DNA from: Candidatus Pacearchaeota archaeon
GTDB lineage: Archaea; Nanobdellota; Nanobdellia; UBA10117; JAFCGA01
NCBI GenBank assembly: GCA_017608345.1
Contig: JAFCGA010000004.1
Span: 57 to 64,056 of the forward strand
DNA: 64,000 nt
Direction: 5' to 3'
The stretch's first letter is position 1. Every line of letters begins with the position of its first letter. The notes beneath the pieces were generated by a model. It had not been told where the DNA came from. It ran no database searches and worked only from the letters and a program-made list of their open reading frames with translations. The position numbers and the translations under genes are program-made. Of this stretch, positions 34,559 to 44,558 are shown in pieces.

Positions 34559-36589
34559 TTATTTTCTAGACTTTTTTGCTTGCTTATTTTGCTTCTTTGG
34601 TCTCATTTGCCCGTAGATTATGAACAGGATTGCCGCTAAGCTGATGAGAATTAAAGCAATATTTAATGGCGTGAAGAATGACTTCTTACGAATAGTCTGC
34701 TGGACTATTGATTCTGGCTCGTGGGTTAGTTCTGGAGCTACTGCTATCTCTTCTTCTCCAGTTATTGCAAAGTAACTAAAGCCTTCGGTGTTAGCTTCGA
34801 AAGTTAGGTGTTCTTCATCCTCAATTACTATGCTCGTTCTTAGAGCAGTCCATTGATTATTTACATATCTATACATAAGGATTGAATCCTTATTTACGTT
34901 GTTTTGGGAGAGCCAGGAAGCTGGAACCTTGAAAGTGATTTTTCCGTTTTGGATGTTAGTTGTTGCTAGATTGTTAGTTGATATGCTTAAGTATTGGTAT
35001 ACTTTTCCTTCAAGAACTTGGACTGCTTCGGGCTTACCTGAAAGACTTCTTACAGTAATCATAGCGTTCTTTGCAGCTTCCCTTGTTGTGATTTCTACAT
35101 TTGAGACAGCTATTTCAGGATCTTTTAGATTTATGGAGACTGGTGTGTTGCCGGAGACAGTTCCTAAGATTTGTGAAGTTTCTGCGATGGTTGTTACATC
35201 TGAATCTGAGATTTTGGAGGTAGCGCTGCTTCTGCCGCCCGAGTGGACTACTGTAGTGGGTGTGGTGTCCACATATAGCGTTTGTGCGGTTGTAGTAGCT
35301 CTGTTTCCGTATTGATCTGTACAATTAATGTACCAATGGTAAGTCATATCATCGAATAAACCTACTTGTGTGAAAGTTTGGGTTGTTGACTTAGTGATTG
35401 AGGTGTCTGTTTGTTCGATATTGTTATCGATTATTAGAGAGCAGTTTGAGACAGTTGAATCGTCGGTTACTGAGTAAGTGAAGCTAACTGTTGAGGAGGT
35501 TTCTGTTGCTAGGTTTGCTGGGGTGAGAAGGGTTACTATCGGATCCGTAGATTCAGAAGCTGCTGCTATTCCTGTACCTAGCTGATAAACATAACCATCA
35601 TCACTGCCTATATATACAAAGCCGCCAGCTACTGCTGGAGAAGGAAATACATTACTACCGGTGGAGAAGTTAGCGATCAGTTGAGAAACATTGGAGGCAT
35701 TTAATTGATAAACTTGGTCATCGAAGCTGCCGATATATACAAAGCCGCCAGCTACTGCTGGAGAAGAATGCACATTATTACCTGTGGAGAAATTAGCAAT
35801 CTTCTGAGAAATATTAGAGGCATTTAATTGATACACTTGATCATCATCACTGCCTATATATACGAAGCCTCCAGCTACTGCTGGAGAAGACAGTACATTA
35901 TTGCCTGTGGAGAAGTTGGCTATTTTTTGAGAGATATTAGAAGCATTTAGTTGATACACTTGATCATCTCGACTGCCGATATATACGAAGCCTCCAGCTA
36001 CTGCTGGAGAAGACTGCACACGATCGCCGGTGGAGAAGTTGGCTATTTTTTGAGAGATATTAGAAGCATTTAGTTGATACACTTGATTATCATCACTGCC
36101 GATATATACGAAGCCTCCAGCTACTGCTGGAGAAGAACGCACATCATCGCCGGTGGAGAAGTTGGCTATTTTTTGAGAGATATTAGAAGCATTTAGTTGA
36201 TACACTTGATTATCCCAGCTGCCAATGTATACAAAGCCGCCAGCTACTGCAGGAGAAGACTGCACATCGTTACCTGTAGCAAAATTAGCAAACTGAATAC
36301 TAATATTGCTCGGAGCTGTATTATTAGTATACCCTGTATTATTTAAGTCATAGCGGAACATAGTCCAATTTTCAGCACTACTACTTGCCATTACTCCAAA
36401 CCTCTGTTCAGAAGTTTCGAAAGATCGATCAACAGCGATCCTAACTGGCACACTAGGCCTAAACTCCGCTTCCGACTTAGCAAACATGCCAGTAATATGA
36501 CCTACAGTTGAGAATAAGATAATTGCAATAGTTAATACTAAAGTAATAACTAAAATTTGATCAGTTTTGAGCTGCTTGCGCCGAGCCAT
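34559..36589 (-). CDS. Surface protein: PQQ-like beta-propeller repeats, Ig-like domain, PGF-pre-PGF domain and TM anchor
   Basis: Six 40-aa repeats 'SSPAVAGGFVYIGS.D.QVYQLNASNISQKIANFSTG'; 'TEGFSYFAITG'; N- and C-terminal hydrophobic helices. Confidence 0.85.
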   Translation of the reverse strand: MARRKQLKTDQILVITLVLTIAIILFSTVGHITGMFAKSEAEFRPSVPVRIAVDRSFETSEQRFGVMASSSAENWTMFRYDLNNTGYTNNTAPSNISIQFANFATGNDVQSSPAVAGGFVYIGSWDNQVYQLNASNISQKIANFSTGDDVRSSPAVAGGFVYIGSDDNQVYQLNASNISQKIANFSTGDRVQSSPAVAGGFVYIGSRDDQVYQLNASNISQKIANFSTGNNVLSSPAVAGGFVYIGSDDDQVYQLNASNISQKIANFSTGNNVHSSPAVAGGFVYIGSFDDQVYQLNASNVSQLIANFSTGSNVFPSPAVAGGFVYIGSDDGYVYQLGTGIAAASESTDPIVTLLTPANLATETSSTVSFTYSVTDDSTVSNCSLIIDNNIEQTDTSITKSTTQTFTQVGLFDDMTYHWYINCTDQYGNRATTTAQTLYVDTTPTTVVHSGGRSSATSKISDSDVTTIAETSQILGTVSGNTPVSINLKDPEIAVSNVEITTREAAKNAMITVRSLSGKPEAVQVLEGKVYQYLSISTNNLATTNIQNGKITFKVPASWLSQNNVNKDSILMYRYVNNQWTALRTSIVIEDEEHLTFEANTEGFSYFAITGEEEIAVAPELTHEPESIVQQTIRKKSFFTPLNIALILISLAAILFIIYGQMRPKKQNKQAKKSRK
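35580..36300 (-). repeat. Six near-identical 120-bp coding tandem repeats (PQQ-like blades)
   Basis: 'ccagctactgc(t/a)ggagaag' recurs every 120 bp (about 35625, 35745, 35870, 35990, 36115, 36240). Confidence 0.85.
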
Positions 36590-36630
36590 AAGAATAAATT
36601 GCTGAGCTAGTATTTAACAATTACTACTCG

Positions 36631-37806
36631 CTATTTAACAATTATATCTTCGGTTACTGTCTCTGTTTCTTTCTTATATGTAGCAGTTATTATTATACTA
36701 TATTTCCCGCCAGTCATCGGAGCTTCGATTATGTCTTTAAACTCTCCAACATTATCCGTGAATAGCTTATGCGTTTCGCCAGTTGGAGTGAGTATATCCA
36801 CGGTTGCGCCTACTGCTGCTGAAGATTCAAAGAATACTTTTCCAGCAATATTTATCTTCGCACCGGGATTCGGGCTCGGTGGATATATTGCTACCTCCAG
36901 ATTCAGCTGAGACGGGATTATGAATATTGAGAAGAAGAAAATGCCTACTGCAAACATGACTACGATGTGCTTTACACCGGCGATTAATTTCTCCTCTGCA
37001 ATTACTCCGGCAATCAATCCTGCGCAAATTGACTCTACAATAGTCATAATTAAAAACAGATTCTTAAAGTAGCCGACAGTCATTTGACCGCCTTCAATCC
37101 CCTGAAGCGATATTCCGCTAAATATACCTAGCTTTTGGATGAAAATAATCGGAGCGAGGATTTTATAGACACCAATTATTACACCAATAAAAATAAAGTA
37201 GATTAAGTACATTACAATTATTTGCTGATGCATAATTGATTTTTTCTCAGCCTCTAATTGTTTTAATATGCTAACATTATCAGATAACGATCCTAGAGTA
37301 GTTTTAATATCGCCGCCGCTGTGATATGCTTCAAGAATAATATTGTTTATTCGCGTTATTAATGCACTCCGAGACAGAGTTTTAGTAAATCTATTCCACG
37401 CTTTTGGGAAGGGCACATCCCAAGATAACCAAATATTTAATTTGTCAACATAACTCGATAATACATTGTATTTTGTCTTAGCACAGGTATCAACTGCTTG
37501 CGGAATCGTCATCCCAGCAGATACAGACTGCGACATATCTCTCAAGAAATTAGGATAATTATTCTCAGCTTTCTTTATCTCCTGAAATTCTAAGAAATTA
37601 AAAATCAGATAAGGAAGAGCAACAATAATTAGCCCCAGTGCAAATAGAGTAATTATTACTGTTGTGTTAACTTCTAGCACATACGAAATTATTGCAGTTA
37701 TAAATGGTATTGGGAGGGTTAGAAGTAGCACAAATACTTTCCTTTTTCTAAGCCCAAGTACTTCTTTTTCCCAAAATGATTTCTTGAATATATCTATTCC
37801 GACCAT
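36631..37806 (-). CDS. Type II secretion system F / TadC-FlaJ-like membrane platform protein
   Basis: 'PNFLRDMSQSVSAGMTIPQAV', 'EAYHSGGDI', multiple TM helices; next to the secretion ATPase. Confidence 0.85.
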   Translation of the reverse strand: MVGIDIFKKSFWEKEVLGLRKRKVFVLLLTLPIPFITAIISYVLEVNTTVIITLFALGLIIVALPYLIFNFLEFQEIKKAENNYPNFLRDMSQSVSAGMTIPQAVDTCAKTKYNVLSSYVDKLNIWLSWDVPFPKAWNRFTKTLSRSALITRINNIILEAYHSGGDIKTTLGSLSDNVSILKQLEAEKKSIMHQQIIVMYLIYFIFIGVIIGVYKILAPIIFIQKLGIFSGISLQGIEGGQMTVGYFKNLFLIMTIVESICAGLIAGVIAEEKLIAGVKHIVVMFAVGIFFFSIFIIPSQLNLEVAIYPPSPNPGAKINIAGKVFFESSAAVGATVDILTPTGETHKLFTDNVGEFKDIIEAPMTGGKYSIIITATYKKETETVTEDIIVK

Positions 37807-38711
37807 GGTGATAAACTCTTAATTAATATTATGAATAGGGCAGTTAAGCCAGGAAGCCCGGCAAAGATGACGAGGTATTGTATAAATTTAACCATTGCTA
37901 CGGACATGCCACCCACAGTTACCATTAATGAGGAGATTATTATAAAAAAGACTATTCCGACTATAACTAAAGTAATATACATATTCATAAATAGCGAGAG
38001 GATATTACTGAAATCTGAGAGTTTTCGCTTATAATCTGCGATGAATCCTTTTGATTTCTCTTCCAAGTACTTTCCAATATCTCCGCCAGCAGTTATTGAG
38101 TTTTTTAGACCCGCTAGCAATTCAGTCCAGTTTAATGATGGTGAGCGTTTCATGGCTCGCTCTAGTGCAGATGGCAAATCTAATCCAAGAACATGAATAT
38201 CACTGCTGATTTTATCTGCTTCTTCAGATACAACGTTATAATGCTTAAATCGAGATAGCATCTTAAACATTGTTTGCGGCGGTAATCCTGAACGAATAAT
38301 AGTGGATAAGTATAAAGTCGCAAAAGCAAGACTATTGTCTAATTTAGCGCGGCGGTCGCTAATCATAAAATTAGGATATAAATAAATAATTACTCCAACA
38401 AGTATGCTAACTAAAATTGCTATCATTAGATAGACAAATATGAGGTGTGCTTTGATTCCATAAATTGCTGATCCGAAAGCTAACAGAAAAACAAACGTTA
38501 CAAATAAAGTCAGAAATGAGGAAAATATAATGAATGAGCCATACTTAATTCCAGTGGTACTTATTCGCGCTATCCTTAACTTCTTGTCGAAATTATCATA
38601 AATCGGGAGCTTTTTAGCAACCGAAGAAAATATAGCATTTGAGAAAGAATAGATATCTTGCCCTTCGAATTTCTTTACATCCTTGTCTTTCTTTTTTTTA
38701 GCTGCCTTCAT
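37794..38711 (-). CDS. Type II secretion system F / TadB-C-like membrane protein
   Basis: 'LAFATLYLSTIIRSGLPP', 'LGLDLPSALERAMKRSPS', 'ITAGGDIGKYL'. Confidence 0.85.
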   Translation of the reverse strand: MKAAKKKKDKDVKKFEGQDIYSFSNAIFSSVAKKLPIYDNFDKKLRIARISTTGIKYGSFIIFSSFLTLFVTFVFLLAFGSAIYGIKAHLIFVYLMIAILVSILVGVIIYLYPNFMISDRRAKLDNSLAFATLYLSTIIRSGLPPQTMFKMLSRFKHYNVVSEEADKISSDIHVLGLDLPSALERAMKRSPSLNWTELLAGLKNSITAGGDIGKYLEEKSKGFIADYKRKLSDFSNILSLFMNMYITLVIVGIVFFIIISSLMVTVGGMSVAMVKFIQYLVIFAGLPGLTALFIILIKSLSPWSE

Positions 38712-38712
38712 A

Positions 38713-40428
38713 TCATTTTCCCATATAATTCGCTAGCTGCCTAGGATTACGATAGTACATATTAATAAACTGAGCAACTTGGCTGAACTGGTAGTTTCCT
38801 TTTGATTTTAGCCAATCTAAAATATTTACTCTTCTTAGAATTTCATCTTGTACATCTTTATCATTCCATCCTTGCCGCTCTGCTAACTGCTTAAGTATAT
38901 AACTATCTGCAGGAATAAATGTATCCTTAACTGGGTCTCTCTTGAATACAACGTGAGTATTAAGTGACTTATTTTTGTTATTATAGCCCTCTATTTCAAT
39001 GACACTGCCAACACGTCGGATAAACTTGCCTTCCTTCTTAACTTTCTCAAGAAATACAATAATATCGAGATTCTCCAGCAAGGATAACGGTAAATTTATT
39101 GGTCGTGTAGTAAGACGATCAATAATCGCTCCAACAGTATCTGCGTGCAAGGTTGATAATCCCGGATGTCCTGTACTCATTGCATGGAAAAGTACGTTTG
39201 CTTCTCTGCCCCTAACCTCGCCGACAATTAGATAATCTGGACGCTGCCTAAGTGCAGCTTTAAGGAGGGTATCCATATCCACTTGACCGTATCCGCCAGG
39301 GCCTACGCCAGCTCTCGTTACTTGTGGCATCCAATTTATATTCATAAGTTGAATTTCCGCGGTGTCTTCGATAGAAACTATCTTCAGATTTGGGTCAATG
39401 AACATCGCTAGCACATTTAGAAAAGTCGTTTTACCTGTAGCAGTTGTTCCAGAGATTAGGATGGATTTCTCCTTCTCAATAGCAAGCCAGAGGTATGCAA
39501 GTATCATCGAATCAACAGTTCCAAAGTTCATAAGATCAACAGGAGTAAGCGGAGTTCTGAAGAATTTTCTTATTGTAAAATTAGATCCCTTACGCGCGAT
39601 GTCTGTGCCATAAGTTATCTGAACTCTTGATCCGTCAGGTAAGCTACCATCCATTAGCGGCTCTGCAACGGAAATAGTCCGCTTGCATTTCTGAGCTAAT
39701 TTAATTGCAAAGGAATCTAGGTCTTCTCGCTCCGTGAATTTTACATTTGTCGGGATTTCTCCATATATGGGGTTTCTATGAAACACAAATATTGGTAAAT
39801 TTACGCCGTCACAAGAAATATCCTCGATGTTTGGATCATGAACTAGCGCATCTATTTGATCAAGTCCGATTACCCGCCGAAATATATAATATTTTGCGGT
39901 TAATATTTCCTGATTTGTGAGTCTTGCACCGAGTTCTTTCCATATTTTCTCTATTTTTTTATCAATATAAGTGTATACTGCATCTTTCGCGCGTAATTTA
40001 TTAAAGTTAATTTCTAAGCTATCATGAAGTTCCTCAAGCGTTCGGTGAATCAGTTTTTGCAGTTTCGGACTTATCTGCGGCTCAATTAGATTATAAATCA
40101 ATTGATTATTCCGAGCATCGAATTTGATTCTAGCATGGGCTAGCGGAATTAGCTGATCTTTAACACGCAGAGTAGTCAAAGGATAAGTTTCATCAACAGT
40201 TCTTAATTTCTCATGATAGTCAATCTTACTAGATACTACTCCTTCTCGACTAGCTGGAATCGCGATTCTAGAAACTACCTGAGTGGTATTTTCTTCGACA
40301 GGTGGAGCAGTCTTGACTACCCTCTGCTTGGGTTGCTCTTCTTTTTTCGGCGGCGCTTCTAACTTAGGACTATCTGATAACTTATTTAATTTCGATTTTA
40401 TTTGCTTGAGAAATTCTTTTCTACGCAT
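38713..40428 (-). CDS. Type II/IV secretion ATPase (FlaI/TadA/PilB-like)
   Basis: 'DPNIEDISCDG', 'LPDGSRVQ', 'FTIRKF', Walker A 'GTTATGKTT', 'IEDTAEI', 'LRQRPDYLIVGEVRG', 'TGHPGLSTLHA'. Confidence 0.95.
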   Translation of the reverse strand: MRRKEFLKQIKSKLNKLSDSPKLEAPPKKEEQPKQRVVKTAPPVEENTTQVVSRIAIPASREGVVSSKIDYHEKLRTVDETYPLTTLRVKDQLIPLAHARIKFDARNNQLIYNLIEPQISPKLQKLIHRTLEELHDSLEINFNKLRAKDAVYTYIDKKIEKIWKELGARLTNQEILTAKYYIFRRVIGLDQIDALVHDPNIEDISCDGVNLPIFVFHRNPIYGEIPTNVKFTEREDLDSFAIKLAQKCKRTISVAEPLMDGSLPDGSRVQITYGTDIARKGSNFTIRKFFRTPLTPVDLMNFGTVDSMILAYLWLAIEKEKSILISGTTATGKTTFLNVLAMFIDPNLKIVSIEDTAEIQLMNINWMPQVTRAGVGPGGYGQVDMDTLLKAALRQRPDYLIVGEVRGREANVLFHAMSTGHPGLSTLHADTVGAIIDRLTTRPINLPLSLLENLDIIVFLEKVKKEGKFIRRVGSVIEIEGYNNKNKSLNTHVVFKRDPVKDTFIPADSYILKQLAERQGWNDKDVQDEILRRVNILDWLKSKGNYQFSQVAQFINMYYRNPRQLANYMGK

Positions 40429-40469
40429 AAAAATAGTAATGCTTAACTTATTTATAAGGTTTATAGCTG

Positions 40470-40937
40470 TTAGGAGATTCTTATTGTATTATTCGCGGGT
40501 AAATAAGTCAGCTCGCATTCTCCAGCACTGGATTGAACCTGACCGTCGACGCTTATGTTCCACCAGTAAACTGGCACAGTTATCACTTCAGAATCTGATC
40601 CGAAAGTTTGGAAAACCAGATCGTTGCTATTTCCATAGATTATATATTCATTCGGGCCTAATCTCGAAGGGAGCTTTAGCTTTCGAGTTAATGTGCTAGT
40701 TGTAGTATTGCTTGCTTCGACAATCGCTCGAATCTCAAGAATCTTAGTTTTCATGCTAGCTGCGATTGCATTTACATGATACTGGTTAAATTCAGTAGTG
40801 CTGTCTTCAAGAATATGATTAGATAGCGTGTATATCGCAAAAAGAAACACTAGGCTAAATAACGCGAGAAAGCTAAAGTAAAGTACACTTACTTGTGCAT
40901 TTCTCTGTTTTGTGCGTTGTATTGTAGAATTTTGCAT
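40470..40937 (-). CDS. Pilin-like protein
   Basis: 'KQRNA/QVSVLYFSFLALF' class III-like signal; lies in the pilus cluster. Confidence 0.6.
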   Translation of the reverse strand: MQNSTIQRTKQRNAQVSVLYFSFLALFSLVFLFAIYTLSNHILEDSTTEFNQYHVNAIAASMKTKILEIRAIVEASNTTTSTLTRKLKLPSRLGPNEYIIYGNSNDLVFQTFGSDSEVITVPVYWWNISVDGQVQSSAGECELTYLPANNTIRIS

Positions 40938-40938
40938 C

Positions 40939-41547
40939 TTAATTCATGTCTACAGTTATGATTTGTCGGTAACTCGTTGTGCAGCTTCCGATTGCAGAGG
41001 TATTTGTCTCTTTGAAAGTTAAAAGTACCGTATGACTCCCAGAACCGACCATCGCATTATCTCCTGGTGTTAAGAAAATACCATGACACTCATTATTAGC
41101 TGTGTCATTAAGGTTTATGTATTTCAGTTCTAATTCTATGCTGCCTTTCTCAATTAAACAACCTGCTTCATCAGTTCCAAGAGTTCCGAACAGTGTCGAA
41201 TCCATGCAAGGTCCGGATTCATTTTTATTGCCTGCTAATACTCTTTCACTACTTACTAATTGATCTGGCAAGTCCATATATGCGGAATAAGTTATTGTTC
41301 GATCATTTGCTAAATATAATTGTCCCTTCTTAATGTCAAAAGGAACAGTTCTCTGAGATTTCTCATTTGCTACATCTCGAATAGCATTGTTTAAAGCTAA
41401 CATTCTGTTTTCTATTCTTTTAACTTCAGCCACGTTGTTAATTTTATCTATCTGCGGCTTAGCCCAGAAGAAGCTTATGCTGACGATTGCTATTACAATT
41501 AATGTTAATAAGACGAATCCGACTACTTCTGCCTGGGCTTTTCTCAT
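40939..41547 (-). CDS. Archaeal type IV pilin-like protein
   Basis: 'MRKA/QAEVVGFVLLTLIVI' class III signal peptide. Confidence 0.8.
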   Translation of the reverse strand: MRKAQAEVVGFVLLTLIVIAIVSISFFWAKPQIDKINNVAEVKRIENRMLALNNAIRDVANEKSQRTVPFDIKKGQLYLANDRTITYSAYMDLPDQLVSSERVLAGNKNESGPCMDSTLFGTLGTDEAGCLIEKGSIELELKYINLNDTANNECHGIFLTPGDNAMVGSGSHTVLLTFKETNTSAIGSCTTSYRQIITVDMN

Positions 41548-41582
41548 GACTAATTAAAAGAAGTTGTAGTATATAAAATTGA

Positions 41583-43055
41583 TTAAGAGAGAATCCACGT
41601 TTCTCCATTACGACTACTTGCGTCTTGACCACCAAATAAAAGTATTTTATTGGTATTCTGTATAGACGCCATTGAATGAAAATACCTTCCGTCAGGTAAA
41701 TTCGATAGTTTTATTTCAGTCCAGCCATTAGAACTAACATCATATAGCCAAGTGTCATCGGCATAAGTTCCACTAGCATCTCCGCCAAATACTACTATTT
41801 TATCTGTATTGGATATAGTAGCTAATTGATGACCTTGCCTTTCAGTAACTGAGTATGCGGGATTTTTGTTGACCCAGATATTATCACTTAAGTCATATAT
41901 CCACGTCTCAGCATCATAACCCCAACTATCTATACCGCCAAATAACAAAATCTTATCCTCAGAATATATTACTGACATTGCATGTGCATATCTAGCTCCA
42001 GGACTTGTACTTGGAGCCATATTAGTCCAGATGTTGTCGCTCAAGTCATATATCCACGTGCCATTACAGCTATTTGAACCTGAACCGTCGCAGTTGCCGC
42101 TTCCATCTGAGCCGCCAAAAAGAATTATTTTGTCATCGCCGTAAACCGTCGCAAGCGCGGATCCCCCTCTAGCAGTTAGACCGATAGCGGTGGTTCCTTG
42201 AGTCCAGGTGTTGTCGCTTAAGTCATATATCCAAGTTCCATTACATCGACTATTTCCTGAACCGTCGCAGTTGCCGCTTCCATCTCGTCCCCCGAAGAAA
42301 AGTAATTTATCTGTTGAGTAAATATTTGCCGCAGCACCTTGGTATCTTGCACTAAATCCAACAGCAGTAGTTCCTTGGGTCCAGGCATTATCACTTAAAT
42401 CATAAATCCAAGTTCCATTACATAGACTACTTCCTGAGCCATCGCAGTTGCCGCTTGCGTCATCCCCACCAAATAACACTATTTTATCATCAGCAGACAT
42501 TGAAGCCATTGAATGATACATTCTAGCGCTAGGTTTAGTTGCGATAATCTTCTCTTCCCAAACATTCGATTGTATACCTGCAATAAATGCCGTATACACA
42601 GAATCATCGCCAAATGCGAAGTAGGCATCATATTTCATACCTTTTTCTAAATTAGCGCAATCTGTACCACCCAAATCAAGATTGATTAATTTAATTTCTC
42701 CCACAGATAAGTCAAACGGACAATTATCACACGTATCGCTATTGAACGAAGCCGTACATGAACCGCCCTGATTGGAAAGTATAACCAAATCGCCAATGTC
42801 CCCAAGAGCTTTTAATTCTCTGGTTCCCGCGTTCTGAATAACGATCTCCAAAGTAGCAAGCTTTAACTTGTGCTCTATTGTTTTTATCTCAATATTCCCT
42901 GCAGCTTTATCTAGCACTTGAGAATGAGATCTCTCGGTGCTCGCTTGAAGCTCACCTTGAACTTTTATTGCCCAATAATAAGCCGCAGTAGCTATAGCAA
43001 TAGTAATCATAATTACTAAGATTAGCGCAAGAATAAGACTTACTCCTTTCTTCAT
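41583..43055 (-). CDS. Pilin-like N-terminus fused to a Kelch beta-propeller (paralogue 4)
   Basis: 'MKKG/VSLILALILVIMITI'; repeats 'ARx.H.MA....DKI.LFGG....TWIYDLSDN.W'. Confidence 0.85.
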   Translation of the reverse strand: MKKGVSLILALILVIMITIAIATAAYYWAIKVQGELQASTERSHSQVLDKAAGNIEIKTIEHKLKLATLEIVIQNAGTRELKALGDIGDLVILSNQGGSCTASFNSDTCDNCPFDLSVGEIKLINLDLGGTDCANLEKGMKYDAYFAFGDDSVYTAFIAGIQSNVWEEKIIATKPSARMYHSMASMSADDKIVLFGGDDASGNCDGSGSSLCNGTWIYDLSDNAWTQGTTAVGFSARYQGAAANIYSTDKLLFFGGRDGSGNCDGSGNSRCNGTWIYDLSDNTWTQGTTAIGLTARGGSALATVYGDDKIILFGGSDGSGNCDGSGSNSCNGTWIYDLSDNIWTNMAPSTSPGARYAHAMSVIYSEDKILLFGGIDSWGYDAETWIYDLSDNIWVNKNPAYSVTERQGHQLATISNTDKIVVFGGDASGTYADDTWLYDVSSNGWTEIKLSNLPDGRYFHSMASIQNTNKILLFGGQDASSRNGETWILS

Positions 43056-43095
43056 AATTAAATTAGAGAATACATATATATAAAACTACTCCGGG

Positions 43096-44526
43096 TCAAT
43101 AATATATCCAAGTATCATTTATGTCCTCGATGATATATTTGCCGCCAAAAAATAGTACTTGCTCTGAGTCGCCGATTTCAGTTAGAGAATGACTATCCCT
43201 ATTGCTAGGGCTATTTATGGGTGATTTCTTTGTCCAAGTATTATCACTTAAGTCGTAAATCCAGGTTCCACCTTCGAATTGCTCGGTATATCTCCCGCAA
43301 AACATAACTATTTTATCTGTACTGTAAAGTGAAGCCATATCATGCTCATAAATTGGTCCAGGCCCATGGCTTAGCTTTCGTGTCCAAGTATCATCGCTAA
43401 GATCATAGACCCAAGTATCTTGATAAATTCCTGCGCCATAGCCACCGTGTAAAAGAACCTTATCCTCGCTAGACATAAAAGTCATAGCGTGATCCGTTCT
43501 AGCAATTAAAGAAGTAGGAGTAGTTCCTTGGATCCACGTATTGTCGCTTAGATCATATATCCAAGTTCCATTGCAATAATTACTCCCCGAGCCATCACAA
43601 TTGCCACTAACAAAATCCTCTCCACCAAATAACAAGACTTTATCTGTATTGTATATCCTTGCCATAGAGTGCCCTCGCCTAGCTCCGGGATTTACTCCTG
43701 GAAGCATATTTGTCCAGGTGTTGTCGCTTAGATCATATATCCAAGTTTCTGCATTTAGCGTACCGTCCCAGCCACCAAACATTAAAACTTTATCATTATC
43801 ATAAATCATTGCACTTGCGTGTTTCGAGCGATTAGATGGCGAAGTGGTTACATTCTTCTGAGTCCAACTATCTTCGCTTAGATCATACATCCAAGTATCT
43901 TGGTAATAAGGACTTCCAGCACAATTACTACAATCTCCACCAAAAAGAACGACCTTATCTGTTCGATATATATTTGCAAAACTATGGTCGCTTCTAATCG
44001 AGGGAGCATTAGCTGGATTCTTTTTTTCCCAAACATTAGTTTTTGAGATCGGAACAAAATTAGTCTGAGCATGTACTTCAGAGGATCCAAAATAAATAGA
44101 ATATTCCGTTCCTATTTCTAAGTTAGCGCAATCAGTACCGCCAAATAATAGATTCATAGTAATTATCTCATTAACATCTAAAGCTATAGGGCAAACATCG
44201 CAAGTAGAAGAATTAAACGGGAGACTACAAGAAAAGCTGCCTGAAGAGATAACTAATGTATCTCCAGCATCACCAATCTGCTCAATCTTTCTGCCTCCAG
44301 AATTTTCAAGGACTATTTTAACATTGTCAGTATTAATATTATAATTAATATTAACTATATTTAATTCTCCAACTACTCTATCTGAAAATTTATCCTGACT
44401 TTCATCACCGGCTCCTTGCATCTGTCCTTGAATCTTCATTATCCAATAAAAAGCTGATGCGGAGATAGCTAGAGTCATCATAATTATCAAAACCAATGCA
44501 ATAACATTACTTATAGCTCGCTTCAT
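43096..44526 (-). CDS. Pilin-like N-terminus fused to a Kelch beta-propeller (paralogue 3)
   Basis: 'MKRA/ISNVIALVLIIMMTL'; six Kelch repeats. Confidence 0.85.
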   Translation of the reverse strand: MKRAISNVIALVLIIMMTLAISASAFYWIMKIQGQMQGAGDESQDKFSDRVVGELNIVNINYNINTDNVKIVLENSGGRKIEQIGDAGDTLVISSGSFSCSLPFNSSTCDVCPIALDVNEIITMNLLFGGTDCANLEIGTEYSIYFGSSEVHAQTNFVPISKTNVWEKKNPANAPSIRSDHSFANIYRTDKVVLFGGDCSNCAGSPYYQDTWMYDLSEDSWTQKNVTTSPSNRSKHASAMIYDNDKVLMFGGWDGTLNAETWIYDLSDNTWTNMLPGVNPGARRGHSMARIYNTDKVLLFGGEDFVSGNCDGSGSNYCNGTWIYDLSDNTWIQGTTPTSLIARTDHAMTFMSSEDKVLLHGGYGAGIYQDTWVYDLSDDTWTRKLSHGPGPIYEHDMASLYSTDKIVMFCGRYTEQFEGGTWIYDLSDNTWTKKSPINSPSNRDSHSLTEIGDSEQVLFFGGKYIIEDINDTWIYY

Positions 44527-44558
44527 AGTTTAAATATAATTCAAAGATATTTAAGGGT

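Noticed and set aside
35580-36300. Possible CRISPR array
   Set aside because: The repeats are in-frame 120-bp coding units without unique spacers, and no cas genes are present.
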